From Candidatus Doudnabacteria bacterium (GTDB lineage: Bacteria; Patescibacteriota; Doudnabacteria; UBA920; O2-02-FULL-48-8): a stretch of DNA of 64,000 nt. The position numbers and the translations under genes were made by a program. This document shows, in pieces, positions 36,734-46,530 of this stretch. Location: positions 66,214 through 130,213 of the forward strand of contig JBDTSL010000001.1 of assembly GCA_039931165.1 (NCBI GenBank), in the 5' to 3' direction. Position 1 is the first letter of the stretch, and each line of letters starts with the position of its first letter. The notes under the pieces are model-generated. The model searched no databases and was not told the origin of the DNA. It saw only the letters and a program-made list of their open reading frames with translations.

Positions 36734-37810
36734 TTAATTATTTTCTTTTCCAATTAATATCGCCTGTTCCACAAATCGGTTGGCGTAGCCGAACTCATTG
36801 TCATACCAGGCGACTACTTTGACCATGTCGCCATCCACGACTTGGGTCAGGCTCAAATCCACGATGGCAGAATGCGGATTACCAATGATGTCAGTGGATA
36901 CGATCGGATCGGTCGTGACCTCCAATACGTTTTGCCACATCGGATGCTTGGACATTTCGATAAAAGCTTTATTCACCTCTTCGACCGTGGTTTTTTTATT
37001 CAAGATCAATGTAAAATCAGAGACTGAACCCACAGCGGTAGGTACGCGAAAAGCCATAGCGGTTAAAAGTCCCTTTAACTCCGGGATCACTTCAGTAGCG
37101 GAAATTGACGCGCCGCTGCTTGTGGGGATGATATTAACCGCTGCCGCTCTTGCGCGGCGCAAATCGCCTGACTTGCCGCCAGGCGGCGGTCCGTCCACCA
37201 AATTTTGTTCGGCAGTATAAGAATGGAGCGTGGACATCATCATTTTTTTCACGCCAAACTTCGAATGCAACACAGCGATGACGGGAGTAATGCAATTAGT
37301 TGTGCAGGAAGCATTGGAAATAATTTTCTCGCCTTTATACTTTTCGTGATTGACCCCGATGATAAAAGTCGGGGTAACCCCATCGTCTTTGGCCGGGGCC
37401 GAAATGATGACTTTTTTAGCCCCTGCCCGCAGGTGCGCTGAAGAAGCTTCAGTGGTGATGAATCTGCCGGTGGATTCCAAAACCACATCCACTCCCAGAT
37501 CTTTCCACGGCAGCATGGCAGGGTCTTTTTCGGCAAATATCGGGTATTTTTGTCCGCCAGCCGGCGGATCGACAATAATATTACCCGACGAAGAGATGAT
37601 CGGATTGGCCTTGGCTTTGACATTGTCAAAACCGACCTTTTTCTCATAGGGACCGTAGTTTGAATCATACCTCAGCAGCTGCGCCAGAACTTGCGGCTCG
37701 GTCAGATCATTGACCGCCGCAACTTCCAGTTCGGGCTTGGTTAAGGCGATTTTAAAAGCCTGCCTTCCGATGCGGCCGAAACCATTTATCGCGATTCTGA
37801 TCTTATCCAT
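36734..37810 (-). CDS. gap: Glyceraldehyde-3-phosphate dehydrogenase
   Basis: INGFGRIGR, SNASCTTNC, WYDNE. Confidence 0.97.
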   Translation of the reverse strand: MDKIRIAINGFGRIGRQAFKIALTKPELEVAAVNDLTEPQVLAQLLRYDSNYGPYEKKVGFDNVKAKANPIISSSGNIIVDPPAGGQKYPIFAEKDPAMLPWKDLGVDVVLESTGRFITTEASSAHLRAGAKKVIISAPAKDDGVTPTFIIGVNHEKYKGEKIISNASCTTNCITPVIAVLHSKFGVKKMMMSTLHSYTAEQNLVDGPPPGGKSGDLRRARAAAVNIIPTSSGASISATEVIPELKGLLTAMAFRVPTAVGSVSDFTLILNKKTTVEEVNKAFIEMSKHPMWQNVLEVTTDPIVSTDIIGNPHSAIVDLSLTQVVDGDMVKVVAWYDNEFGYANRFVEQAILIGKENN

Positions 37811-37949
37811 TTATTTTTAACAATGATACGAGAAAAGCTACCACAAACAATCCCCATACCAAAAAAATAATAAATTCCTCGGTGTTATGAAATTTAAGCT
37901 GTTCGTGTATGTGCTGATCGAGTGTTTTTCTTGTTTTGTGCTTGGCCAT
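37803..37949 (-). CDS. Small membrane protein (48 aa), not in the ORF track
   Basis: MAKHKTRKTLDQHIHEQLKFHNTEEFIIFLVWGLFVVAFLVSLLKING; fills the fba-gap spacer and overlaps the gap start. Confidence 0.6.
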   Translation of the reverse strand: MAKHKTRKTLDQHIHEQLKFHNTEEFIIFLVWGLFVVAFLVSLLKING

Positions 37950-37992
37950 ATTTTTTTAATTATTTTTTATTTAATGATATTGATTATTTATT

Positions 37993-38886
37993 TTACCTTA
38001 TTTTACCCGCCTTCCCATTGCACTTCAGCAATTTGATTTTGAATTCTGCCATTTGCTGCAAAGCATCGGTAGCCGGCCCCAGAAGTTTTCTGGGATCGTA
38101 GATCTGCGGGTTGTTTTTCAAGTTCGACCGAAGCGCTTTATTAAAAACCACTCGCAAATCGGTATCAATATTAAATATAGCCACGCCAAATTTTATTGCC
38201 GCCCGGATCTGCCTATCCGGCACTCCCGAGGCTCCGTGGACCACCAGCGGAATTTTGACTTTCTGGCGGATCTCTTTCAGCCGTTTCAGATCGATGTGCT
38301 CAACGAGAGTTGACATTATTTTTTTTATCTTGGGATTGACCGGGATTCCGTGGACAGAACCCAAAGCCACGGCCAAAGTATCGATCCTGGTTTCAGCTAC
38401 GAAACTGGCTGCCTGGTCCGGATCGGTCATGAGGTCATCCCCGGTTTTCACGGTCTGCCAATCCTCGCTGCCCAGAATTCTGCCTAATTCCGCCTGGACC
38501 CATACTCCCCGCTTATGCGCGTAAGCAACCACCTGTTTCGTTAATTTCAAATTGTCCTTATATTCCATTTGGGATGCATCCAGCATCACCGAAGAATAAC
38601 CGAGGTTGATCAGCTTTTTTATCAAACCAAAATCGTGGCAGTGGTCCTGGTGCAGGGCGATGGGGACCTTGGCCTTCCTGGCGTGTGTTTTTATCAGACC
38701 CACCAACTCTTCCATGCCAGCGTATTCCAAAGCGCCGACTGAAGTTTGGATGACGATCGGGGCTTTTTGCTTTTCCGCTGCCCGAACTATTCCAAGCGTG
38801 GTCTCCAGATCTTGCGTATTGAAAGCGGGTAAAGCGTACTTCCCCAGCATGTTCTTATTTATGATCCGGCCGATGTGAACTAGCAT
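37993..38886 (-). CDS. fba: Class II fructose-bisphosphate aldolase
   Basis: PAFN, LHQDH, SSVMLDAS, GSVHG, VVHGASG, NIDTD. Confidence 0.93.
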   Translation of the reverse strand: MLVHIGRIINKNMLGKYALPAFNTQDLETTLGIVRAAEKQKAPIVIQTSVGALEYAGMEELVGLIKTHARKAKVPIALHQDHCHDFGLIKKLINLGYSSVMLDASQMEYKDNLKLTKQVVAYAHKRGVWVQAELGRILGSEDWQTVKTGDDLMTDPDQAASFVAETRIDTLAVALGSVHGIPVNPKIKKIMSTLVEHIDLKRLKEIRQKVKIPLVVHGASGVPDRQIRAAIKFGVAIFNIDTDLRVVFNKALRSNLKNNPQIYDPRKLLGPATDALQQMAEFKIKLLKCNGKAGKIR

Positions 38887-38894
38887 AATAAAAA

Positions 38895-39002
38895 AATCCT
38901 AATATCTAAACTCTAAATCCTAAATAATATCCAAGCGCCAATTTTTCGAATTTTTAAAACCTTGGGATTTGTCATTTATTTAGAGTTTAGGATTTATGAT
39001 TT
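38895..39002. repeat. Inverted heptamer array ((A)AATCCTA-like)
   Basis: aatcctaatatctaaactctaaatcctaaat ... atttagagtttaggatttatgattt. Confidence 0.65.
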
Positions 39003-39210
39003 AAAACTTCACACCCGCTGTTAATATATCCCACAGGCCCGGCAATTGCGCTTTGTTGTTTTTGAGGGTGCAAAGCGCGTAGGCTAGATGGTAATTACAA
39101 CTCATTCCGCCTTTGGCCGTGATATTTTTCAGGCCGTGCCAATATAAAAATCCCAATACGACTACTACGGCCAAAATAATTTTTGTACCCCATTTTTTCC
39201 GAAAACGCAT
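39001..39210 (-). CDS. Small membrane-anchored protein (69 aa)
   Basis: Basic N-terminus, TM, Cys pair; operon-like spacing. Confidence 0.6.
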   Translation of the reverse strand: MRFRKKWGTKIILAVVVVLGFLYWHGLKNITAKGGMSCNYHLAYALCTLKNNKAQLPGLWDILTAGVKF

Positions 39211-39218
39211 ATCAATTT

Positions 39219-40091
39219 TTATCTAATGCCTGTATCAATGCTGAAATCAAGTTTCACGCTCTGGCCCGCCTTGATAGTCACAGGCCGTGGAGCCGGACTG
39301 GTCCGAAACATGCCTACTGAACTTTTGTAAGTCACCAAATACGAGCCTGCGGGTAAATTCAAACTGTAATCACCCGATGAATCCAAAGCGGCTGAGGCAG
39401 CCACTGTCTTGGCATCATTTTTGTAAACAATAATTTGAGTGCCCGCATAAGCCTGGGGGGACGGCGGACACGGCATGCCGACCCTTTCCACCGGACAATT
39501 CGGCCCGATTGTGACATGGCCCGTGAGAGTTCCATTGCCGATTTGGACGACGGATGTAGGTGGATTATACGCTTTCAATTTATGGACGAGCTGATCAACT
39601 TCCTCCCATCCTGTTTTAAAATCATAATTATACCGGGCCGGCAGGGCTATTATATACTGCGAATTTTGGGCTAGAATACCGGGTGCGATCGGGGCTGCGC
39701 CCAGCGACATTTTTTCTTGCTGAACTAGCGTCCATTGCGAAGGTGTGAACACCATCACCGGCATATCCTCGCGAGGATCGGCCGCGGTCCAGAGTGGATG
39801 GCGCAGGGTTATCAGCGGGCCGTGGTCGAGAATTTTTCCGCTTGCCACGCTTCGCCCTTCCCATTGACTTGACTGGACCATAAATCCTTTCCAGCTGTTC
39901 GGCAAAGCAATAGAAAATCCATACTGATCATTTTTATAGGTTTGCAAATTTGCTGTTAAGCTTTCATGGATGAAAAAATAGGGCATCGACTGAGAAGCAA
40001 CTTGCCAATAATAGATCAAGCTAACCGCGGCAGCGACAGCCAATACAGCAAACAGAATTCCTAAAGCGTTATATTTATTGTTTTTTTTCAT
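39219..40091 (-). CDS. Membrane-anchored protein: PsbP-like domain plus carboxypeptidase-regulatory-like domain
   Basis: TYKNDQYGFSIALP; GPNCPVE...G.Y.L.LPAGSY. Confidence 0.75.
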   Translation of the reverse strand: MKKNNKYNALGILFAVLAVAAAVSLIYYWQVASQSMPYFFIHESLTANLQTYKNDQYGFSIALPNSWKGFMVQSSQWEGRSVASGKILDHGPLITLRHPLWTAADPREDMPVMVFTPSQWTLVQQEKMSLGAAPIAPGILAQNSQYIIALPARYNYDFKTGWEEVDQLVHKLKAYNPPTSVVQIGNGTLTGHVTIGPNCPVERVGMPCPPSPQAYAGTQIIVYKNDAKTVAASAALDSSGDYSLNLPAGSYLVTYKSSVGMFRTSPAPRPVTIKAGQSVKLDFSIDTGIR

Positions 40092-40106
40092 AAGATTTTC
40101 TCCTTA

Positions 40107-41087
40107 TTAAATTTCTTTTGCCCTGAACTTAGGATGGGTTTTCAGATAATGCTCAATCTGAGACTTTGTGCGCAACCCGGCGTGAGGGCCGACAAACTGC
40201 ACCACGTAGCCGCCGTTAACCGTGCCCCAGGCGGCAGCTTCCTGGATCGGCTTGCCGTAAAACATGGCTGAAGTAAATGCCGTGCCGTAAGCGTCGCCTG
40301 CTCCCGTGGATTCCACGTGTGGGCCGACAAACTCATCCATATACCAAATTTTCAAAGACCCGTCGGAAGCGTATGAACCTTCCCTGCCGTCCGTGATCAC
40401 TGCGACCCGTGCCCCCAACTTATGCATGCCTGCAAGCAATGTTTTGACATTGCGGGTTTGTTGCTTCAGCACCAGCTGGGCTTCTTCGCGGTTCAGAAAT
40501 AAAATTTCCGTCCTCTTATAAATCCCTCTTAACGTGCTGGTGGCCATGCGCATCTGAAAAGTTCCGGGATTGAAAGCCAGCTTGATTTTTGGATTTTTCG
40601 CAAGCAATCCGCCAAGCTCCTTATGAAATTTTTCCGTTCCCTGGGCCATGGACGAAAAATAGATCCATTGAGTGTCCAGCTTACGCGGAAGTTTGTACGC
40701 AAACTTATTGTGCTTGATCAAAATCGTCCGCTCGCCCTGAAATGACAGAACGAAGTGAAAATTCGTCTGGACGTTTTTGTTGATATGGACAAACTGCGTG
40801 TCTATTCCCTCACGTGTCAATTCCCGGATGATTTTTTGACCGCTTTCATCGTCTCCGACCGCGGACACGAACGCATCTTTCATGCCGAGCCGGGATGAGC
40901 CCACCGCATTATTGGTGGAATTGCCAGCCGGCAGTAAGGTCAGATGTTCGTAAGGGATCTTATCAGCGAAAGACATGCATAATTGGCAGTTGGTATGATC
41001 TACGCCGCAGTGGATCGAAGCTTCATGCAATTGTATAAAAGCGTCAATGGTCGTGTCGCCGATCGATACAATATCGTATTTGCTCAT
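40107..41087 (-). CDS. PfkB-family carbohydrate kinase
   Basis: VGDDESG, FNPG, NREEA, STGAGDAY. Confidence 0.92.
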   Translation of the reverse strand: MSKYDIVSIGDTTIDAFIQLHEASIHCGVDHTNCQLCMSFADKIPYEHLTLLPAGNSTNNAVGSSRLGMKDAFVSAVGDDESGQKIIRELTREGIDTQFVHINKNVQTNFHFVLSFQGERTILIKHNKFAYKLPRKLDTQWIYFSSMAQGTEKFHKELGGLLAKNPKIKLAFNPGTFQMRMATSTLRGIYKRTEILFLNREEAQLVLKQQTRNVKTLLAGMHKLGARVAVITDGREGSYASDGSLKIWYMDEFVGPHVESTGAGDAYGTAFTSAMFYGKPIQEAAAWGTVNGGYVVQFVGPHAGLRTKSQIEHYLKTHPKFRAKEI

Positions 41088-41194
41088 ACTTTTGGTTTCA
41101 AATAAGTTACTTTACAGCATTATTATAATGAATTATTAAATAAATGGCAAATATTTGCCATTTATTTAAGTTATGTTTTAGAGCATTTCAGGCA

Positions 41195-41815
41195 TTATGT
41201 CTTGGGAAGTTTTATGGCATAATCATAAACTTTTAAATAAACTTTGTGGATGTCGGGCTTGTCAGTTGCGGCCAGGCTAGTTTTGGCGTAGTCAAATACT
41301 TTTTTTGCCGCATCCGGTGTTTGGCCAATTATAAAGCTCTTGGAGTTAATAGACGCATCCTCTGCTGCTTTTCCAAAAGGTATAATTTGCGGAAATAAAA
41401 TTTTGTATTCCCCAAGTTCTTCATCCCATCTGACGCTGAAAATACTTTCTCCATTCTCTGTAAACTCTTCATGATATGACTTATCTGGACCCAGTTCCTT
41501 TTTTTCCTCCTCCGGTTGTTCTTTTTTCCGCGCTCCTAACAACTCTAGTTTTAGCTCTACTTTCAGTTCTGCCATTAATTCAGCTTTCAACTCTGTTTTC
41601 AGCTCATATTTTAGTTCTTTTTTTAATTCAGCTCTCAACTCTGCTTTCATCTGTTCTTTTACCCCTTGGCCCGATTCCTTTACTTCCTGAATCCTTAATT
41701 CGTATCCTTCTTTTTGTCCTGTCCTTCTAGCCTGGGCTATGCTTTCTTCAACCCCATCCTCCGGAACCTCAGCAATATTCATTTCTTCCGGCGACGGTTC
41801 ATTTTTTTCTGCCAT
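41195..41815 (-). CDS. Hypothetical protein with (K/R)xEL tetrapeptide repeats
   Basis: KAELRAELKKELKYELKTELKAELMAELKVELKLEL. Confidence 0.7.
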   Translation of the reverse strand: MAEKNEPSPEEMNIAEVPEDGVEESIAQARRTGQKEGYELRIQEVKESGQGVKEQMKAELRAELKKELKYELKTELKAELMAELKVELKLELLGARKKEQPEEEKKELGPDKSYHEEFTENGESIFSVRWDEELGEYKILFPQIIPFGKAAEDASINSKSFIIGQTPDAAKKVFDYAKTSLAATDKPDIHKVYLKVYDYAIKLPKT

Positions 41816-41971
41816 AAATATTTAATTAATTATTAAATATTGAACATGTTCATTTTATTTTTTTGCTTGCCTATTTTTTACGGCGATGATGTTGCCGTGT
41901 ACACATAAACCGATTGTAGAGTAAAACCGGGCTTATCTTTCAATTGATTTATTTTCCGCCAGATTTTAATG

Positions 41972-42478
41972 TTAATTTCCTACACAATAATTCAAGGTCC
42001 ATCCTCTTCCCCAGAGATTGCCGATGATATGATAATCTTGATCCGCGGTGTTTTCCAATTTTGAACAGATGATGTAGTTATCCACGCTCGCGGCAGTCAC
42101 TCCATTGATTCCATCATATTTGTACCCGATCCCGAAATAATACCAATACCCGTCAGCTGCAACACAAAAAGGAGGCAGACCTGGGCTTAAAGGATCATCC
42201 GGCATAGAAGCGAAATATTTAGGAACCAGCGTGCTTGTCAGACCCGAAGAACAAGGATTATTCAGATGGATCCACGTACCCGCATCGTTTGGAGGCCATC
42301 CGTTATCGGATATCATCAGCTCAAAAGCTTTTTGGATTTGGTTTACGTCTACCTTGCGTCTGGCATCGCGCGCCTTGGCGCGGCCGCCACTGAGGGAAAC
42401 CAAAATAATACTGGCAAGCATGCCGATTACGGAGATAACAACCAGAAGTTCTATTAAAGTAAATCCTTTTTGATTCAT
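41972..42478 (-). CDS. Type IV pilin / pseudopilin
   Basis: KGFTLIELLVVISVIG prepilin cleavage motif; ARDARR; C-terminal Cys residues. Confidence 0.92.
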   Translation of the reverse strand: MNQKGFTLIELLVVISVIGMLASIILVSLSGGRAKARDARRKVDVNQIQKAFELMISDNGWPPNDAGTWIHLNNPCSSGLTSTLVPKYFASMPDDPLSPGLPPFCVAADGYWYYFGIGYKYDGINGVTAASVDNYIICSKLENTADQDYHIIGNLWGRGWTLNYCVGN

Positions 42479-42511
42479 TAATTTATTATGGATCCCCGCT
42501 TTCGTGGACGG

Positions 42512-43489
42512 TCAAGCTTTACGCTTGACCGCTTTTTTTACTGCCGCAATTATCGCTTTTGCATCCATTCCCCATTTGGCGATCAGTTCTTTTTGTTCCC
42601 CGGATTCCCCGAAATGATCGGGCATGCCCACAAACTCCTGAGGCACCGGAAAATTTCTTCCCAAAACCTCCGCCACCGCGCTACCCACGCCGCCTGTGAT
42701 CTGATGTTCCTCGGCCGAAACCGCGCAGCCGGTTTTTTTGACCGACGCTACCAGAGTTTGTCCATCAAACGGTTTGACTGACGCGACGTTTATCACTTCG
42801 CATTCAATTCCGACTTTACTGAGTTGATTGGCCGCATCCAAGGCATAATATACTTGCGGGCCGGCAGCCGCGATGGTACAGTCTTTTCCTTCACGATAAA
42901 CGTAGGCTTTACCGATCTCAAACGGCGTTTCGTCCGTGGTGAATTGAGGGGTTTTTTCCCGGGCCAGCCTCAGATACACCGGACCTATGATTTTCGCCGC
43001 GGCCAAAGTCGCTTTTCGGGCTTCCAAAGCATCGCATGGCACCAAAACTGTCATTCTCGGCAAAACACGCGTGATCGCGATATCTTCCATGGCCTGATGC
43101 GTAGCCCCATCCGGCCCGACCGAAATGCCGGCGTGAGAGCCCACGATCTTCACATTATTTCCGCTGTAACAGATTGAAACCCGAATCTGGTCCCAGTTCC
43201 GTCCCGGAGAGAAGGTAGCATAGGAAGTGATGAAAGGGATCTTGCCTTCATGGGCCATGCCCGCGCCCAAACCCGCCAAATTTTGCTCCGCAACCCCCAC
43301 TTCCACGAACCGCTCCGGGTACGCTTCGGCAAATTCCTGCGAACGGGTCGATTCCGTAAGATCGCAGCACAAAACCACGACTTCGGGGTTTTCCTTGCCC
43401 AAGATCATCAGTCCCTCGCCGTAACCGTTGCGGATCGGGATGTGTTTGATGTCAGGCTCGAACAAATTGTCGATTAATTTTACGGGCAT
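42512..43489 (-). CDS. Transketolase, C-terminal subunit
   Basis: GVAEQN, GPDGATHQ, EEHQ. Confidence 0.95.
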   Translation of the reverse strand: MPVKLIDNLFEPDIKHIPIRNGYGEGLMILGKENPEVVVLCCDLTESTRSQEFAEAYPERFVEVGVAEQNLAGLGAGMAHEGKIPFITSYATFSPGRNWDQIRVSICYSGNNVKIVGSHAGISVGPDGATHQAMEDIAITRVLPRMTVLVPCDALEARKATLAAAKIIGPVYLRLAREKTPQFTTDETPFEIGKAYVYREGKDCTIAAAGPQVYYALDAANQLSKVGIECEVINVASVKPFDGQTLVASVKKTGCAVSAEEHQITGGVGSAVAEVLGRNFPVPQEFVGMPDHFGESGEQKELIAKWGMDAKAIIAAVKKAVKRKA

Positions 43490-43719
43490 TAATTCACTGC
43501 ACCTTTTTCAAAATCTTTTTTTAATTTTTCTTGAGTTAAACTATCTGCTTCATTTATCAAATCCGATTCAACATCAATTTCTTTTTGTCTTTTCATCATT
43601 TCCAAAGTCATCTTATTTGGACTCCGCATTTCACTTTGTAGTTTAGCGAATTTGTTGATTACTTCTTTTTTCGTAATCTCTTCCGCGCCTTTTGGCATTT
43701 CACTTTCGCTTTGATTCAT
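43489..43719 (-). CDS. Hypothetical charged protein (76 aa) between the transketolase halves
   Basis: AT-rich ORF with AAAGGA upstream; TAATG overlap with the C-terminal subunit gene. Confidence 0.6.
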   Translation of the reverse strand: MNQSESEMPKGAEEITKKEVINKFAKLQSEMRSPNKMTLEMMKRQKEIDVESDLINEADSLTQEKLKKDFEKGAVN

Positions 43720-43757
43720 AATTATTCCTTTCTTTTTAATTAACGAGGATACTGCGA

Positions 43758-44639
43758 CTATTCATGTTCGCTCCTGATCTTCCCTCCCAAAGTTCTTAAT
43801 TCTTTCAGGGCAATTTCGGCTTGCTGGTCTTTCGGCGGCGAACCGGACGGCTCGATCGTACCCGGCGGATTGCCGTGCCATTCAAAGCGGTATTCCATAA
43901 AATCCACTCCCTTTCCGGGAATGGTATGGCAAATTATCACGGTCGGTTTTTCGTAAATCGCTTTGGCTTCGTTGCAGGCATCGATAATTTCCCGGATATT
44001 ATGGCCGTCTATTTCCAGAACATGCCAGCCGAAGGCTTTCCATTTGTCCACAAACGGTTCCAACGGCATAATGTCTTCCGTATAACCGTCGATCTGAATA
44101 TTATTGCGGTCAATAATGCCGGTCAGATTTCGCAATTTATTTTTGGCGGCAAACATGGCAGCTTCCCAGATCTGCCCCTCTTCCTGTTCGCCGTCCGACA
44201 TAACGCAATATACTCTCCACGGTTCTTTTTTCATTTTAAGGCCGACATAAGCCATGCCGGCGGCCTGCGAAAGGCCCTGGCCCAGAGGTCCCGAGCTATT
44301 TTCGGCGCCGGGCAACTCTTCACCGTGAGGGTGCCCTTGTAGTCTGGTTCCTAATTTTCTTAAAGTCGATAACTCCGTCATCGGAAAAAAACCGGCCTCC
44401 GCGAGCGTGGCGTACCAGACGGGACAAATATGCCCGCAGGACAAAACAAACCGGTCGCGGCTTTCTAATGCCGGATTTTTCGGGTCGACGTTCATCACCG
44501 CGAAATACAGCGCGGTAAAAACATCTGTCATGCCCAAGGGTCCGGCCGAGTGGCCGGATTTAGCCGCGACAAGCATTTTGATAATGTCCTGCCTGATGTC
44601 GTTGGCTTTTTCTTCGAGTTGTTGGATCGAGAATTCCAT
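43758..44639 (-). CDS. Transketolase, N-terminal subunit
   Basis: SGH, RDRFVLSCGH, LQGHP, SDGE TPP motif, GKG. Confidence 0.95.
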   Translation of the reverse strand: MEFSIQQLEEKANDIRQDIIKMLVAAKSGHSAGPLGMTDVFTALYFAVMNVDPKNPALESRDRFVLSCGHICPVWYATLAEAGFFPMTELSTLRKLGTRLQGHPHGEELPGAENSSGPLGQGLSQAAGMAYVGLKMKKEPWRVYCVMSDGEQEEGQIWEAAMFAAKNKLRNLTGIIDRNNIQIDGYTEDIMPLEPFVDKWKAFGWHVLEIDGHNIREIIDACNEAKAIYEKPTVIICHTIPGKGVDFMEYRFEWHGNPPGTIEPSGSPPKDQQAEIALKELRTLGGKIRSEHE

Positions 44640-45298
44640 TATGCGTTTTCAATATCAATTTTAAGCGCTTCGACTGCCATGGCTTCATCTTCCGATTTGA
44701 GAATGGCGGAACCGGTGACCAAAATATCAGCGCCGGCCTTGGCGCAGGCGCCGGCAATGCCGATTTTTATCCCTCCGTCAACCGCAATTATGACACTTTT
44801 GGAAAGCTGCCGCAATTCACGGATTTTTCCGATTGTCGCAGGGATAAAAGGACGGCCCTGAAAACCCGGCTGAATACCCATCAGCTGGATCAGCGGCACG
44901 ATGTTGATAAATTTTCCGATGTCATAGAGCGGCGTTTCCGGACTCACCGACAAACCCACTTTCAGGTCCAATTTTTCCGCCTGATCGATCACCGGGGTAA
45001 TCTGCGCAATATTTCCGAACGCTTCAAACTGTAAAATTACCCACTTAAATCCGGCTTCTTTTGCGTCAATAAAATATTTTTGCGGTTCCAAGGTCATGAA
45101 ATGCGCCATCAAGGTCATGGGCGATGATTTCAAAAAACCCAGATCAGCCGGCATCACGGTTTTGTTTTCGATAAACTTGCCGTCAATAAAGTCTATGTGC
45201 AGTTTCGTGAAATAGTGGCTTACCGCAAAAAGTTCCGCGTATCTTAGGCGGAAATCCGCAACATCATTGGTTAAAATCGCAGGGGAAATTTCGGTCAT
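44639..45298 (-). CDS. rpe: Ribulose-phosphate 3-epimerase
   Basis: HIDFIDGKF, PGFQG, VDGG, GADILVTGSAI. Confidence 0.9.
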   Translation of the reverse strand: MTEISPAILTNDVADFRLRYAELFAVSHYFTKLHIDFIDGKFIENKTVMPADLGFLKSSPMTLMAHFMTLEPQKYFIDAKEAGFKWVILQFEAFGNIAQITPVIDQAEKLDLKVGLSVSPETPLYDIGKFINIVPLIQLMGIQPGFQGRPFIPATIGKIRELRQLSKSVIIAVDGGIKIGIAGACAKAGADILVTGSAILKSEDEAMAVEALKIDIENA

Positions 45299-45303
45299 GA
45301 ATA

Positions 45304-45756
45304 CTACAAATTTACGTCTATTTTCTTAACTTTATTTACCCTTCTGACAAACCGCTCCTCCTTCTCATCAAAAGGCGTGGTCAAAAACATATGGACCATG
45401 GCTTTGGCGCTGCCCAAAGTCACATAATCCGCAGGCAGGCACAGAATATTAGCATCGTCGTCGTTGCGCGCTGCCGCTGCCGAGTGTTCGGTCCAGGCAA
45501 GCGCGGCCCGCGCTCCTTTAGCTTTGTTGGCGACAATCGATTCGCCTTGCCCTGACCGGCAGGCCAAAATTCCGAACGCCCCTTCCGCATTACCGACTTT
45601 CACCGCGACCGGCCAGGCATAATCCGGATAGTCATCATCGGATTTAAATTCTTTCGCGCCTAGGTCCTCAAATTCAATATGCCACTCGGCCAGCCAGTTT
45701 TTTATTTCTTCTTTCAGTTTAAATCCGCCGTGGTCGGCGCCTAAATATACTTTCAT
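45304..45756 (-). CDS. rpiB: Ribose-5-phosphate isomerase B
   Basis: GADHGG, DYPD, CRSGQG, ANK..G.RA. Confidence 0.92.
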   Translation of the reverse strand: MKVYLGADHGGFKLKEEIKNWLAEWHIEFEDLGAKEFKSDDDYPDYAWPVAVKVGNAEGAFGILACRSGQGESIVANKAKGARAALAWTEHSAAAARNDDDANILCLPADYVTLGSAKAMVHMFLTTPFDEKEERFVRRVNKVKKIDVNL

Positions 45757-46529
45757 GTGCGATGTATCGCCTCCCGGCCGAACTCTTGCACTATTTTCCA
45801 GAAATTTTCCGCGTCCAAACTGGCGGCACCGACCAGCGCTCCGCCGATTATCGGATATTTAGCATATTCATGGACATTGGCTTGATTTACCGTGCCGCCG
45901 TATAAAACTCTGACATTCAAGGATACTTTGCCGATCCGGTGTTCCAGGAGCTGAAAAATATGCCTGACCAGCTCATGAGCGTGCTCGCCGGTGGCTGGCT
46001 CGGATTTTTTCATGCTCGAAATGGCCCAAACCGGTTCGTAAACAAACACAATTTTTTCCAGTTGTTTTTTATCCAGATCTTTTGTGGTTTTAATGAACTG
46101 CTTCGTCACCAAATTTTTCATTTCAGCCTTTATCGCTCCTTCTTCACCGCCCAGGCAGACGATGGGAGTGATTTTATGTTTTAAGGCCGCAATAATTTTC
46201 GCGTTGACCACGGAATCGGTCTCGCCTAAGAAAAGCCTTCTTTCGGAATGTCCTAAAATAACATAGTTTACATTCCAAAGTTTCAACTGAACCGCGGATA
46301 TTTCACCGGTCAAAGCGCCCTTGTCGGCCCAGCTCATATTCTGCGCTCCCATAAAAACCCGATGCGTATAGTGCAACAACGCCGGAAGATACACAAAAGG
46401 CGCGCATATCGCGACCTCGGCATCGGCTGTAGTGGTGTGCAAACGGTGCTCGAGCGAAGCCGCCAGACGCCGAGTTTCTTCTATGGTCTGAGGGTTCATT
46501 TTCCAATTGGCAATAATCAATTTTTTCAT
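45753..46529 (-). CDS. tpiA: Triosephosphate isomerase
   Basis: ANWKMN, GHSERR, YEPVWAI, LYGG, LVGAASL. Confidence 0.96.
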   Translation of the reverse strand: MKKLIIANWKMNPQTIEETRRLAASLEHRLHTTTADAEVAICAPFVYLPALLHYTHRVFMGAQNMSWADKGALTGEISAVQLKLWNVNYVILGHSERRLFLGETDSVVNAKIIAALKHKITPIVCLGGEEGAIKAEMKNLVTKQFIKTTKDLDKKQLEKIVFVYEPVWAISSMKKSEPATGEHAHELVRHIFQLLEHRIGKVSLNVRVLYGGTVNQANVHEYAKYPIIGGALVGAASLDAENFWKIVQEFGREAIHRT

Positions 46530-46530
46530 A

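Noticed and set aside
42488-42511. GGATCCCCGCTTTCG half-palindrome upstream of the pilin
   Set aside because: It resembles a truncated REP/RS3-like repeat, but the partner arm is missing.
42512-44639. Transketolase as a frameshifted pseudogene
   Set aside because: Both halves are intact, and two-subunit transketolases are an established form.
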